Shown: positions 10,090 through 20,418, counted from the stretch's first letter. The stretch: 64,000 nucleotides of DNA from an uncultured Opitutia bacterium (GCA_913041275.1 CAJWHF010000001.1:7350-71349), one strand, 5' to 3'. Made by a program: numbers and translations. The notes: a model not told the origin generated them from the letters alone.

Positions 10090-11207
10090 AATATGCATTA
10101 ATTTACAAGTACTCATTAACAAAAATCATTTTGTTGATCATAACGATCACCTCACAGTTATCTGCGCAGTATAAGAATGCCTACTGGGCCGAATACGGCA
10201 ACAATCCGGTTTTAATTCAGCAGCGCAATAACGGCTCATCACAAACACTAAAATTCGTAGCATTCAAGGACGGCATGCTAGTCGCGGAACTAGCAGGTGG
10301 GGTCGGAGAAGTCTCGCTACCAGTGAGCGAGTCAATGACCAAGAACCTGCGATTGGACAATTCAGCAATGCCAGAGATCAAACGGATGACTGAATCCCAG
10401 AATTACATAGGAGCACTCAGCTTGCTCCGCCCTAAGGCTTATCCGCTGATCAAATTCCACCAAGTTCCAAATTCTTTCAGGCAGCTTCATCAGCCGATCC
10501 AAGAACTTATCAATATCTTAATCGATGCTGGCGAATATGAGGAAGCTGAGGATGTGCTATCGCGTATTACTCTCGATAAGGTAGACTTGAAGTACAGCGA
10601 GAGTGCGATTCGCCTTATGAATGCCTACTTACTAGGAGGGAAGATTGATGCTGGCGCAAAAATGGCTAAAACTCTACCTGTTCAGGGCACCTACGCTTCC
10701 AATATTAGCTCTATAGTTGAGGCAGCTGACACGCTTCGAGCATCTGGTGAATACCAAGCCGTCATTCCCCTGTATCGCGAAATTGAAAAAGTAGTTCCGC
10801 AAGCATCGAAAGACAATGTCCGTATGTGGCTCGCTTACTGCCTTGTCCTCGCAGATCGCCTTGACGAAGCGAATCCAATTATCGATTCGCTGAAAGAGCC
10901 TGCTTCTAAAGACCGCTTATTTTCTCTATACAAATTACTACAAGGCTCGCGTGAGCACAGCAACGGGAATTACAACCAAGCACTAGACGTACTAACTCGT
11001 GGATTCGTCCGCGCGCAAACTTCTTACGACTGGGTACCCGAAATGCTGTATCTAATAGGTGATTGCTATGCACGTGCTACCGATACAGTCGCGGCTCGAA
11101 ATGTTTGGACAGAAATCGCAATCCTTTACCCAGAGTCTCCTTGGGCAGGTCGGGCAGAAAGCTCGCTTGCAGAGCTTCCCATTCCTAAACAATCTACAGA
11201 TCAGTAG
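10086..11207 (+). CDS. Secreted TPR protein
   Basis: Signal peptide (…QLSA); C-terminal TPRs (MLYLIGDCY...ARNVWTEIAILYPESPWA); ATGA overlap with the upstream gene. Confidence 0.8.
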   Translation: MKYALIYKYSLTKIILLIITITSQLSAQYKNAYWAEYGNNPVLIQQRNNGSSQTLKFVAFKDGMLVAELAGGVGEVSLPVSESMTKNLRLDNSAMPEIKRMTESQNYIGALSLLRPKAYPLIKFHQVPNSFRQLHQPIQELINILIDAGEYEEAEDVLSRITLDKVDLKYSESAIRLMNAYLLGGKIDAGAKMAKTLPVQGTYASNISSIVEAADTLRASGEYQAVIPLYREIEKVVPQASKDNVRMWLAYCLVLADRLDEANPIIDSLKEPASKDRLFSLYKLLQGSREHSNGNYNQALDVLTRGFVRAQTSYDWVPEMLYLIGDCYARATDTVAARNVWTEIAILYPESPWAGRAESSLAELPIPKQSTDQ

Positions 11208-11238
11208 TACACTCAAATACGTTTATTAAGACATAATC

Positions 11239-12021
11239 ATGAATACATCAAAATTACGCATCCTCCCCTATCTCATCGCAGTAGCCTTATTCGCTGTAAC
11301 CCTTCAGTGGATGTTCACCCAACCGCTAAGTGCCCAAGAAGCCGATATAACTGAAGAAGCAGCATTAGAAGAAGTAACTGGTGGCGAGAAGTCCATAATT
11401 GATATGTTCCGAGCAGGCGGCTGGGCAATGTATCCGCTCACTCTCCTTTCCATTGGCGGTTTCGGCTTAATCGTCTATAACTTTATGGCAGTACGACCTG
11501 AGCCAATCTTGAACAGTGAAGCCACAGTTCAAATTGACAAAGCCCTAGAGGTGCTTGATATCGAAAAAGCAAAAAGTATCTGCCAAGAGAGCCCATCACC
11601 CACCACAAGTATTATTGAAGCTGGCATGGCTCGCGTAGACGTAAATAACTACGATCCAGAACAAGTAAAAGAAGCCATCGAGGAAGCTTCCGCCGAAGAA
11701 TTATCCGGCCCTTACGTGCTAATTAACTACCTTTCCGTTGTTGGCTCTCTCTCGCCGATGGTCGGGTTATTAGGAACAGTCTCTGGTATGGTCAAGGCTT
11801 TCAACGTGATCGAAGCAGAAGGTGCCGGTAGCGCGCAAGCACTCGCGGGTAACATTTCAGAAGCACTCATTACCACAGCAACCGGTATGATCGTAGGCAT
11901 TCCTGCTATGTTCTTTTTCTTCTTCTTTAAAAACCGCTACGGTAAAATTACCTCACGTATAGGACGGATTGTTGGTGATCTCCAATTTACCTTAAATAAA
12001 GCAGTCAAAAACCGCTCCTAA
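11239..12021 (+). CDS. MotA/TolQ/ExbB proton channel protein
   Basis: GGWAMYPL, SPMVGLLGTVSGM, LAGNISEALITTATGM.V.IPA. Confidence 0.95.
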   Translation: MNTSKLRILPYLIAVALFAVTLQWMFTQPLSAQEADITEEAALEEVTGGEKSIIDMFRAGGWAMYPLTLLSIGGFGLIVYNFMAVRPEPILNSEATVQIDKALEVLDIEKAKSICQESPSPTTSIIEAGMARVDVNNYDPEQVKEAIEEASAEELSGPYVLINYLSVVGSLSPMVGLLGTVSGMVKAFNVIEAEGAGSAQALAGNISEALITTATGMIVGIPAMFFFFFFKNRYGKITSRIGRIVGDLQFTLNKAVKNRS

Positions 12022-12052
12022 TTCTAAAGTCTCAGAGCTGACCCCTTCTATT

Positions 12053-12457
12053 ATGGCAATGTGGACCCCAGACGAACAAGACCCGGAGTTTGAACTAACT
12101 CCGATGATTGACGTCGTGTTTTTACTTATCGCGTTTTTCATGACTCTGATTAGCTTCATAAGTTCAGAGCTAATCGAATTAGAACTTCCGCAGGCAGAGC
12201 AATCGACGATTCCTGAAGAACCAGGCGAGCGACAATATATATCTATTAACGCTAGTGGAGAACTTTTCTTTGGTGCAATGCCCATTACAAAAGAAGTGCT
12301 GACACTTCGCCTAAAGCAATTGAAGGAAGATATTCCTACGCTTAAGGTATTCCTACGGGCAGATGGGCTGACAACACATAGACACGTTAATCAGGTAATG
12401 GAAGCTACTGCGAAAGCTGGTATCTTCGATCTAATATTTGCCTCAAGTAAGGACTAA
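12053..12457 (+). CDS. ExbD/TolR family protein 1
   Basis: ELTPMIDVVFLLIAFFM with the conserved TM Asp; VFLRAD. Confidence 0.93.
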   Translation: MAMWTPDEQDPEFELTPMIDVVFLLIAFFMTLISFISSELIELELPQAEQSTIPEEPGERQYISINASGELFFGAMPITKEVLTLRLKQLKEDIPTLKVFLRADGLTTHRHVNQVMEATAKAGIFDLIFASSKD

Positions 12458-12461
12458 TCCT

Positions 12462-12893
12462 ATGAAAACCAACTCAGTCCTTCAATCCGAAGATAAAGTC
12501 GACATCACTCCGATGATCGACGTCGTCTTTCTGCTCCTTATTTACTTCATGTTTCTTCCCCTGCAACAAGAAGCTGACATCGGCATTAAACTACCAAGTG
12601 ATACCCCACCCGCGGAGAACCTTGAACTGCCCAGCGAGCACATCGTAGAGATTTTTCCAAATGGGCTCATCTTACTAAACGGAGCTCCTATGGATGGGGT
12701 CAATGATAGAGAGATGGTACGTATGACGTCGACACTCACACGACTTAAGCTTTCTTCTGATCGCGCAGGAATTGATACCGTAGTTAAAATTCAAGCAGAT
12801 CCTGACTCCCCTCACCAAAGGTCCATCGATGTACTCAACGTAGCTGCAAATGCAGACATTAGCAAAGTTTCATTTGCTTCTTACTCCGATTAA
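12462..12893 (+). CDS. ExbD/TolR family protein 2
   Basis: DITPMIDVVFLLLIYFM; VKIQAD. Start reassigned to ATG 12462 (MKTNSV). Confidence 0.93.
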   Translation: MKTNSVLQSEDKVDITPMIDVVFLLLIYFMFLPLQQEADIGIKLPSDTPPAENLELPSEHIVEIFPNGLILLNGAPMDGVNDREMVRMTSTLTRLKLSSDRAGIDTVVKIQADPDSPHQRSIDVLNVAANADISKVSFASYSD

Positions 12894-12902
12894 TTACACC
12901 AC

Positions 12903-14282
12903 GTGCTTTCCCCTAAGAAAAAACGAAAAATTAACCCTATGCTAATCAATGTTCTATTGATCAGCGGAGGTATACATGCCCTAGCAATTTTTATTTTAGG
13001 TGGCATCACAATCTATAAATACATCATTCCTGATGAGGCTCAATTCGAGGAAGCTCCAGAAATTGCTGAAGAACAGCCTCCTCCTGATGTTAAAGTAGAG
13101 ATCAAACCGCAAGCACCTCCACCTCAGGCAACACAAAGCTTGCGTATGAAACAGGTAGGAAACATCGCTGTAAGTGATGTTAATGTCGACCTACCTAGCA
13201 TGGAGCAGTCTTTTACTGTTAGCTCAGGCCTCGGTAGTTTTGGGGGTGGTAGCCTACTCGGCGGAACCAGTGGTAGTATAGGAATAGGAATGTCAGACGT
13301 CAGTGTTTTTGGACTAAAAACTAAGGCTGAGCGCATACTTTTTGTCATCGATACAGGGCGTCCAATGATTGTAGACGCCAAAGGTGGTCTTAATAGCTAC
13401 AAGGCAATTAAAGACGAGATCACAGACATGGTCGGAAACCTCTCCGCAGGTACTCTTTTTAATGTCATGCTTTTTGACAAACGCGATTATAAGCTCTTTC
13501 GCCCTCAACTCATTCCTGCTGGGCAAGACATTCACCAAGCACTTATAAAATGGATCACTCCGATCAACCAAAATGCCAATTTCCCCGGATTAGAAAGGGC
13601 AGCGAGCGCTGGGAGGGCACGTATATCCGCTTTGAGTAATGAATCAATCCACAGGGACATCAGTTGGGATACTCGGAAAACAAACGAAAGAATGTATATA
13701 ACTCAAGCTGCCATAGAACAACAGGTAGATGCTATTTTTATGATCACAAGCGAACACCAAGGCTTTGGAGGAGGCCGACGTCGACTTACCGAATTAGAGG
13801 AAAAGGACTGGCAGCGAACCATTGCTCAAAAATCTTACCAAGAACAATTAGCCGCATACCAATTAGAACTCCCACAAATGGAGCGTAAAATTGCTAACAG
13901 GCTAAATTACATAAACAAGGAGCGAGCTGCAAGAGGTCAACCTCCTCGAGTGCTCTCTAAGCAACACGGGATACAAACACAAGTAGAAGAGCTTGGCTTA
14001 GAATGGAATATCGAGCATCCAGGCTGGAGGCCGGTCTATGATATAAAACCAAGCTCAATGGAGAATTACTTCAAAAAAGTTTTGGGTAGTCTTTATACTG
14101 ACAAGGGTAATAAATCTCCCTCAATTAATGTAGTGCTTTTAATGGCAAAGGGCGAAGAGATGCGTAAGGGATGGGAAGGTCAACTTAAGGATTTCGTCCG
14201 ATTTTTTAGGGGTAAATATCGCATCGTTCGAGGTTTAGACGAGATCCGTAGTGCGAGTAGCGCTAAGAGCACTACTAATTAG
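12903..14282 (+). CDS. Membrane-anchored protein with a TonB-like N-terminus (TM helix with S-x3-H, Pro-rich spacer) and a degenerate vWA domain
   Basis: LLISGGIHALAIFIL TM; EEQPPPDVKVEIKPQAPPPQ spacer; Gly-rich linker; vWA core VFG...RILFVID...FNVMLF...DAIFMIT...INVV...F..F.G.Y. Confidence 0.7.
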   Translation: MLSPKKKRKINPMLINVLLISGGIHALAIFILGGITIYKYIIPDEAQFEEAPEIAEEQPPPDVKVEIKPQAPPPQATQSLRMKQVGNIAVSDVNVDLPSMEQSFTVSSGLGSFGGGSLLGGTSGSIGIGMSDVSVFGLKTKAERILFVIDTGRPMIVDAKGGLNSYKAIKDEITDMVGNLSAGTLFNVMLFDKRDYKLFRPQLIPAGQDIHQALIKWITPINQNANFPGLERAASAGRARISALSNESIHRDISWDTRKTNERMYITQAAIEQQVDAIFMITSEHQGFGGGRRRLTELEEKDWQRTIAQKSYQEQLAAYQLELPQMERKIANRLNYINKERAARGQPPRVLSKQHGIQTQVEELGLEWNIEHPGWRPVYDIKPSSMENYFKKVLGSLYTDKGNKSPSINVVLLMAKGEEMRKGWEGQLKDFVRFFRGKYRIVRGLDEIRSASSAKSTTN

Positions 14283-15610
14283 GCATTTCCTGAATCGAAG
14301 ATTCGTATACTAAACGGTTCGCCAATAACCGTCTCTTCTGTTTCCAGCATAGTTTTCGCACTGAGTATAGATGCTTCATTCGTCTCATGCGTGGTAACCA
14401 TCACATTAGCCGTACCATCTTCTAACTCTTTTTGGTTTACTGTCGCAAAACTTATGTGCTCTCTAGCCATTATATCAGAGATCTTAGCTAAAACACCTTC
14501 TTGATTCTTCACATGTATACGAAGATAGTAACGACCCTCCAAGCTTTCCTTCTCCTTAAGCTTCAACCCGTCTGATAGCTTGCTATGAATTGCTCTGTCT
14601 TCTCCCGAGACGACAGGTGTAACTGCTCCCTGTAACAAAAAGACCGCATCTGCAATATCGCTAATAACCGAACTAGACGTTGCATCCTGCCCGGCTCCAC
14701 GACCAATCAATACAGTCGTGCCTACAACGTCTCCTGTCACACTGACGCCATTGTACACTTCGTCGACTCCGGCAATGACCTCCTCTTTTGAAATCAGCGC
14801 AGGATGTAGGCGAACCGATAGCGATTCCTTCTCAAAATCGCGCGCAATGACCGCCAGTAACTTTATCTTATAACCTAGCTGAGCTGATACCTCAATATCT
14901 TCCCTAGAGACCTCACGTATACCTTCGCAGATAATTTCATCGAGCCTTACCCATTTACCGTGCGCAAGAAAGGCTAGTATAACTGCTTTATGAGCGGCGT
15001 CGATACCATCTAAATCGAGCGCTTCATCTGCCTCGACATACCCTAGCTCTCGAGCATCACTTAAGGTGGCTTCAAAGCTCAAGCCCTCGCGCTCCATCCG
15101 GGTGAGGATATAATTAGAGGTGCCATTGAGTATCCCAAAGATCAAATTGAAACGGTTGGCTATCAGTCCTTCCCGGATAGTTTTGATGATAGGAATTCCG
15201 CCTGCTACTGAGGCCTCGTAGAAATAATGACCTCCGTTTTCGCGTGCTATTGCAAAGAGCTCCTCGCCATACTCACAAATCAAAGCCTTATTAGCGGTAA
15301 CTACAATCTTCCCTTGCTCAAGAGCGCGCCTAGTCAAATCTAGTGCTTCGTCTGTACCACCCATGAGTTCGCAGACAATATCAATTTCAGTATTATCGAC
15401 CACTCGACTGGGGTCATCAGAAAGTAACGCTTTTGGTACAGATATCTCACGAGGCCGCGTAAGATTTTTGACCACAACTTCACTAATTTCTAGTTTAGCA
15501 CCCAAGCGGTACTCCAATGATTGGCGGTTCCCTTCAATATTTTTCCAAACTCCTTGACCTACGACGCCAAAGCCAAGCAAACCGATGCGTACTGTGCGTT
15601 TCTTAGACAT
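14279..15610 (-). CDS. hom: Homoserine dehydrogenase
   Basis: GLLGFGVVG, VVTANKA, YEASVAGGIP, GILNGTSNYIL, G.GAG..AT, C-terminal ACT domain. Confidence 0.97.
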   Translation of the reverse strand: MSKKRTVRIGLLGFGVVGQGVWKNIEGNRQSLEYRLGAKLEISEVVVKNLTRPREISVPKALLSDDPSRVVDNTEIDIVCELMGGTDEALDLTRRALEQGKIVVTANKALICEYGEELFAIARENGGHYFYEASVAGGIPIIKTIREGLIANRFNLIFGILNGTSNYILTRMEREGLSFEATLSDARELGYVEADEALDLDGIDAAHKAVILAFLAHGKWVRLDEIICEGIREVSREDIEVSAQLGYKIKLLAVIARDFEKESLSVRLHPALISKEEVIAGVDEVYNGVSVTGDVVGTTVLIGRGAGQDATSSSVISDIADAVFLLQGAVTPVVSGEDRAIHSKLSDGLKLKEKESLEGRYYLRIHVKNQEGVLAKISDIMAREHISFATVNQKELEDGTANVMVTTHETNEASILSAKTMLETEETVIGEPFSIRIFDSGNA

Positions 15611-15763
15611 ATCTTTGGATTTTATAGATCAAAATTGGATAACGGCTACTTTAGTAAAAATACAATGAAGAGAATCAATATCACCTCATATAATACTCAA
15701 GGTCATAATCCTAACCCTACAAGACTAGTTCTATGAGGATGGTGAGATCTAATACGATTAGTA

Positions 15764-17212
15764 TTACTGCTTAATGACCATGAAGCCCTTCGTCCCTTTG
15801 GCCCATATGTAGAGCATATTCTGCCCTTCAGACAGGTTAGACTCTATCTGTTCAACGCTCCTAATTGAAGCACCATTTACTTCGAGAATCACCATTCCCT
15901 TCTCCAATATCTCAACAAAAGGAGAATCATCATCCACTTCAGATACAAGCACTCCACTAATATCTTCAGGTATTGAGTACTCATCACGAGCTTCTTGGTC
16001 AATTAAACGTATTGAGACTCCTTTTATAGGGCTAGATTCCCCTGTAATCGATGCTGTCTTTTCATTTAGACTACCCAAAACAATTGGCAATACAATAGTC
16101 TTACTCTCGCGGATAAGCGTGACCGCAACCTCTGTTCCCGGTGGAATCTGGGAAACTACAAGGCGTAATTGAGATGCTGAGCCTATTTCCGTATCCCCAA
16201 TTTTAATAATAATATCTCCGTGAACTATTCCACCCCTTGAAGCTGGTGAGTCTTCTTGAACTTGGTTAACTAAAGCACCGCTTGTGCTGTCCAGTCCAAA
16301 GGCTTCAGCCATATCACTGGTTAAATCGGAAGGAAAAAGCCCAAGTAGGCCACGTGGTACCTCACCACTTTGGATTAGGTTAGATGCTACATTAAGCGCC
16401 ATATTAACTGGAATCGCAAAGCCGATACCGATGCTTCCCCCACTGCCAGAAACAATAGCTGTATTAATCCCAATGAGCCTGCCCCAAGCATCAATTAGCG
16501 CACCTCCGCTGTTACCACGGTTGATCGCTGCGTCAGTCTGAATAAAATCCTCATAAGAGCCGGGACCTAAAATACGGCCGCCTTGGCTGCGACTAGTAGC
16601 AGATACTATCCCATGTGTAGCTGTCAGGCCTACGTCAAACGGATTGCCTATAGCAAAGACTACATCGCCGACGCGGATTCGATCACTGTCAGCAAATGTT
16701 AACGCAGCTAAAGGTACCTCTGGATTAATTTTGAGGACAGCAATATCCGTTTTTGGATCCGAACCAATCAAAGAAGCTTCGTATTCTGATTGGTCGCTAA
16801 GCCTAACAATTACTTGATCTACCTCACGTCCGCGTAGGCCCTGCACTACATGGTGATTAGTCACGATATAGCCATCCTCTGAGATAATTACACCCGAGCC
16901 GACACCTAACTGTTCTCGACGCTTTCGATCAGTGCCAGTCTCAGGCTCGACTGGTTGAGTGGGGATGCCAAAATGGCGAAATATATCTGGCAACCTTTGG
17001 GTGCGGCGCATCGTTACCATGCTCGATGTATAAACAGATACGACAGAGGGCGTCGCTTTATCTAGCATATCCGCATAGGATACAATTGGCTCGCCAACCA
17101 CAGCGGAAATTGGGCGGTCGTCGGTCTTTACCTCAAGAGGTGGATTTTCGCTCTCACCAGCGCAAGCAGTTAGTAGTGTAGATAGTAGTGAAAGAATGAA
17201 TATATATCTCAT
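15764..17212 (-). CDS. degP: DegP/DegQ (HtrA) serine protease, probable lipoprotein
   Basis: GSGVII, TNHHV, D.AVLK, QTDAAIN.GNSGG catalytic triad; two PDZ domains; lipobox LLTAC. Confidence 0.93.
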   Translation of the reverse strand: MRYIFILSLLSTLLTACAGESENPPLEVKTDDRPISAVVGEPIVSYADMLDKATPSVVSVYTSSMVTMRRTQRLPDIFRHFGIPTQPVEPETGTDRKRREQLGVGSGVIISEDGYIVTNHHVVQGLRGREVDQVIVRLSDQSEYEASLIGSDPKTDIAVLKINPEVPLAALTFADSDRIRVGDVVFAIGNPFDVGLTATHGIVSATSRSQGGRILGPGSYEDFIQTDAAINRGNSGGALIDAWGRLIGINTAIVSGSGGSIGIGFAIPVNMALNVASNLIQSGEVPRGLLGLFPSDLTSDMAEAFGLDSTSGALVNQVQEDSPASRGGIVHGDIIIKIGDTEIGSASQLRLVVSQIPPGTEVAVTLIRESKTIVLPIVLGSLNEKTASITGESSPIKGVSIRLIDQEARDEYSIPEDISGVLVSEVDDDSPFVEILEKGMVILEVNGASIRSVEQIESNLSEGQNMLYIWAKGTKGFMVIKQ

Positions 17213-17662
17213 AACATAAAATATTTTAGTAATCTTATTAGTATATGGAGAATGTGTGATTGGTAAATTTCAAATTAATTTTATAAAAAAAGAATAGGAG
17301 CCCGATTAGATATACCCGCAATCCACAATATTATAAGCAGATGCCAACTGGGGTTCCTACCCTAATTCAATCGAGAAATTCTATACTTTGCTGGTACTTA
17401 AACAGATTAAGGAATCAAATCATCTACTGCAGGAGGGTAAAAAGAGATAGTAGCCCACAGATAGCAACAAAATGTACGCCTTTTATACGAACAGCTATAA
17501 TTTCGATGTACTAGCTATCAATTGTAAGATAGCAGCGGCATTAATATCCAGTAATAAATCAGTACTTAGAGTATTAATTATACTGAGTACAGCCTCTGAC
17601 CAGAGAATTTATCTTTATCGCCTGGCATTGACTTAATTTGCTGTAGGGTTTGCATATAGAGC

Positions 17663-18763
17663 ATGGGAAACTCTTTCGGCACACTCTTTCGTATTTCCAC
17701 TTGGGGCGAGAGCCACGGTGGTGGCATCGGTGTCGTAATCGATGGCTGTCCACCCCGCCTACCCCTTTGTATTGAAGATATACAATTTGAATTAGACCGT
17801 CGCCGCCCTGGGCAGAGCGACATTACTACACCGCGCAAAGAAAGCGACAGTGCCAGTATTATCTCTGGTGTTTATGAAGGGCAAACACTGGGCACGCCCA
17901 TTGCAATTTATGTGCCTAATGGAGATCATCGCCCTGAAGCATATTCTGAAATGAAGGATACCTTTCGCCCCTCACATGCTGACTTTACTTATCAGACAAA
18001 ATTCGGCATTCGCAACCATGAGGGTGGTGGACGCTCTTCCGCCCGTGAGACTATCGGTCGTGTAGCAGCTGGTGCTATTGCTAGAAAGATTTTAAAACTC
18101 GCGGGTGATATCGATATATCTGCCTACATTACCCGAGTACACGACATTGAAATGCCGACCTTACAACATTTCCCTACGCTCGAGGAAGTCGAAGCCAGTC
18201 CAGTACGTTGCCCCCACCCTGCGACTGCGAAAAAAATGATTCAGCGTATAAAGGCCATGCGCAATGAGGGAAACTCTGTCGGTGGACTTATCGAGTGCCG
18301 CATACGCAAGCTACCAATCGGTCTTGGTATGCCAGTCTTCGATCGTCTTGAGGCAGAGTTGTCAAAAGCGATGCTCTCTTTACCTGCTACTAAAGGATTC
18401 GAGATCGGTAGTGGCTTCAACGGTTCCTTAAAGTCGGGATCAGAACACAATGATACCTTCGTCAATAAAGAGGGGCAAATCGGTACATCTACCAATCGCT
18501 CAGGTGGAGTCCAGGGGGGGATTAGTAACGGAGAAGAACTCATTTTTCGAGTAGCCTTTAAGCCTACAGCTACCATAATTCAAAATCAAGAAACGGTTGA
18601 TAAAGAAGGGGAAAAAGCTACCCTTGTAGGGCGTGGTCGCCATGACCCCTGTGTAGTCCCACGTGCCGTGCCAATTGTGGAATCGATGGCTGCGCTCGTA
18701 CTAGTCGATCACTGGATGCGTCACAAAGCTCAGTGCGAAAGCTTCGATTTCAATCCTGCTTAA
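17663..18763 (+). CDS. aroC: Chorismate synthase
   Basis: [39 protein letters not shown]. Confidence 0.98.
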   Translation: MGNSFGTLFRISTWGESHGGGIGVVIDGCPPRLPLCIEDIQFELDRRRPGQSDITTPRKESDSASIISGVYEGQTLGTPIAIYVPNGDHRPEAYSEMKDTFRPSHADFTYQTKFGIRNHEGGGRSSARETIGRVAAGAIARKILKLAGDIDISAYITRVHDIEMPTLQHFPTLEEVEASPVRCPHPATAKKMIQRIKAMRNEGNSVGGLIECRIRKLPIGLGMPVFDRLEAELSKAMLSLPATKGFEIGSGFNGSLKSGSEHNDTFVNKEGQIGTSTNRSGGVQGGISNGEELIFRVAFKPTATIIQNQETVDKEGEKATLVGRGRHDPCVVPRAVPIVESMAALVLVDHWMRHKAQCESFDFNPA

Positions 18764-18773
18764 TTCATCAATT

Positions 18774-19520
18774 ATGGATGAAGCACGGCCACTGGTCTAC
18801 CTCGTCTACGGGCTTCCTAAATCAGGCCGTAGGAAAATCATATTCGATTTAATCGAAGGTGGAATTTCCCTTGCTGAGAAGGTCCTCTACTTCCAGCCAG
18901 AGGATACGGCTGCCTGTTCTTTTGATGAACAAATTGTAACCTTGAAGAACGTAGAAGTCCTTCCCTGGAAACTTGAAGAAAATAAAATTACTCACGGAAA
19001 GATTTCAGCTGCGGCTGAAAAAATAATTTTTCTAGCACCTGATGCAAGCGACCCTGCCGATTGCGCAGAAGCTCTCAAGAGTTGGGCAGAGCACAACCAA
19101 TGTCAGGTCGCACGCCTCATTACGGTCGTACATTGTAGCTTCCTGATAAAACAGCCCAAGGCACTTGCTTGGTTTGAAGCTTGTATCCACTTTTCAGATA
19201 TTGTGCTGCTAAGCCGCCGTGAGGGGGTCGAGAACAAATGGATAAAGGATTTTGAGGATACTTATAAAAGAGCCTGTAACCCAGCTCGTTTTTTATTGGT
19301 CAAAAAAGACAGAGTCACCAATCCCCCCGAAGTGCTTGACCCCCAAGCGCGCCGGAGATCACTTTATTTCGACGAGCTCATTCCTTTAGAAGAAGACGAA
19401 TTTGATGATGCAGAAAAACCTGACGACACTAAACCCGATATTTATATACATCGCCTAGAGAGTGGTCAGAGGGCAAAACCGATTCCTGACATCAAAAAAT
19501 TACTTAATGAGATAACCTAG
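18774..19520 (+). CDS. Hypothetical protein resembling a degenerate CobW/COG0523 P-loop GTPase
   Basis: YLVYGLPKSGRR (altered P-loop), DPAD, LITVVH, ACIHFSDIVLLSRRE (altered AD...LNKxD). Confidence 0.5.
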   Translation: MDEARPLVYLVYGLPKSGRRKIIFDLIEGGISLAEKVLYFQPEDTAACSFDEQIVTLKNVEVLPWKLEENKITHGKISAAAEKIIFLAPDASDPADCAEALKSWAEHNQCQVARLITVVHCSFLIKQPKALAWFEACIHFSDIVLLSRREGVENKWIKDFEDTYKRACNPARFLLVKKDRVTNPPEVLDPQARRRSLYFDELIPLEEDEFDDAEKPDDTKPDIYIHRLESGQRAKPIPDIKKLLNEIT

Positions 19521-19538
19521 AACTGCTGCTAAACCAGT

Positions 19539-20375
19539 TTATAGAGCCATCTCTGATTCTATTGTCACCAATCGGCGCTGCTTCTGGCCAAGTTTAGGTA
19601 TGCAGGAGATAAGTGCTTTTGTGTAGGCGTGCTTAGGGTCGTTAAGTACGTCATTTACCGCCCCGCTCTCTACGATATCCCCTTTGTACATTACAAGCAC
19701 ATCATCGGCGAAGCCCTTAACAATACCGAAATTATGCGTGATTAGCACGATACTCATACCAAGTTTTTCGCGTAGTTCACGGAGTAAATCTATTATCTGC
19801 GCCTGTATCGTCACATCAAGTGCCGTCGTCGGCTCATCAGCAATCAAGAGCTCTGGTTCGCAAGCCAGAGCCATTGCAATCATTACACGCTGCTGCATAC
19901 CGCCACTCATTTCGTGCGGGTAAGCATTATAGCGTCTGACTGCGTCCCGGATGCCAACTAGTTCTAGAAGTTCAACTACACGATTTTTGACCTCCTTCAA
20001 ATCTGGTCGGTGTAACTTAACTGCTTCCGCAATTTGATAGCCTATGGTAAAAACCGGATTAAGTGAGGACGATGGTTCTTGAAATATATATGCTATACCC
20101 CGCCCTCGAACAGAGCGAATCGAAGCAGCATTCATCTGCAGCACTTCTTTACCCTTAAAAAACACTTGTCCCATTACAGTGCACTCGGGTGCCTTAGGCA
20201 GGAGTTTAGTCAGAGCTAAGCAACTGACGCTTTTTCCACTCCCGCTCTCACCTAGGATAGCCACAGTATGACCACCGTCATGAACAGAAAAATCGATACC
20301 ATGTACAACCTCGTTAGATTTACCACGTGAGTGAAAGGCGATCCGAAGATTAGAGACTTTTAGTAGATCAGACAT
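19539..20375 (-). CDS. Peptide/nickel ABC transporter ATP-binding subunit (OppD/DppD-like)
   Basis: [45 protein letters not shown]. Confidence 0.95.
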   Translation of the reverse strand: MSDLLKVSNLRIAFHSRGKSNEVVHGIDFSVHDGGHTVAILGESGSGKSVSCLALTKLLPKAPECTVMGQVFFKGKEVLQMNAASIRSVRGRGIAYIFQEPSSSLNPVFTIGYQIAEAVKLHRPDLKEVKNRVVELLELVGIRDAVRRYNAYPHEMSGGMQQRVMIAMALACEPELLIADEPTTALDVTIQAQIIDLLRELREKLGMSIVLITHNFGIVKGFADDVLVMYKGDIVESGAVNDVLNDPKHAYTKALISCIPKLGQKQRRLVTIESEMAL

Positions 20376-20418
20376 TTTAATTAAAATTTGCTCATTTTTA
20401 CCTATGATTCAAAACAAA

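Noticed and set aside
7072-14282. Calling the cluster a canonical tol-pal or tonB-exbBD operon
   Set aside because: No TolB, Pal, TolA/TonB C-terminal domain or receptor; there are two ExbDs and a vWA protein instead
15750-15766. TAATAC-GATTA-GTATTA hairpin at the end of degP as a terminator
   Set aside because: AT-rich 6-bp stem overlapping the stop codon with no U-tract; too weak to call
17330-17350. TTGGCA on the minus strand upstream of degP as a sigma54 promoter or CIRCE
   Set aside because: No TTGC at the -12 spacing and no GAGTGCTAA half-site
17213-17662. Possible ncRNA or riboswitch in the 450-bp degP-aroC divergent gap
   Set aside because: AT-rich, with no convincing stable stems or known aptamer motif; explained as a divergent promoter region
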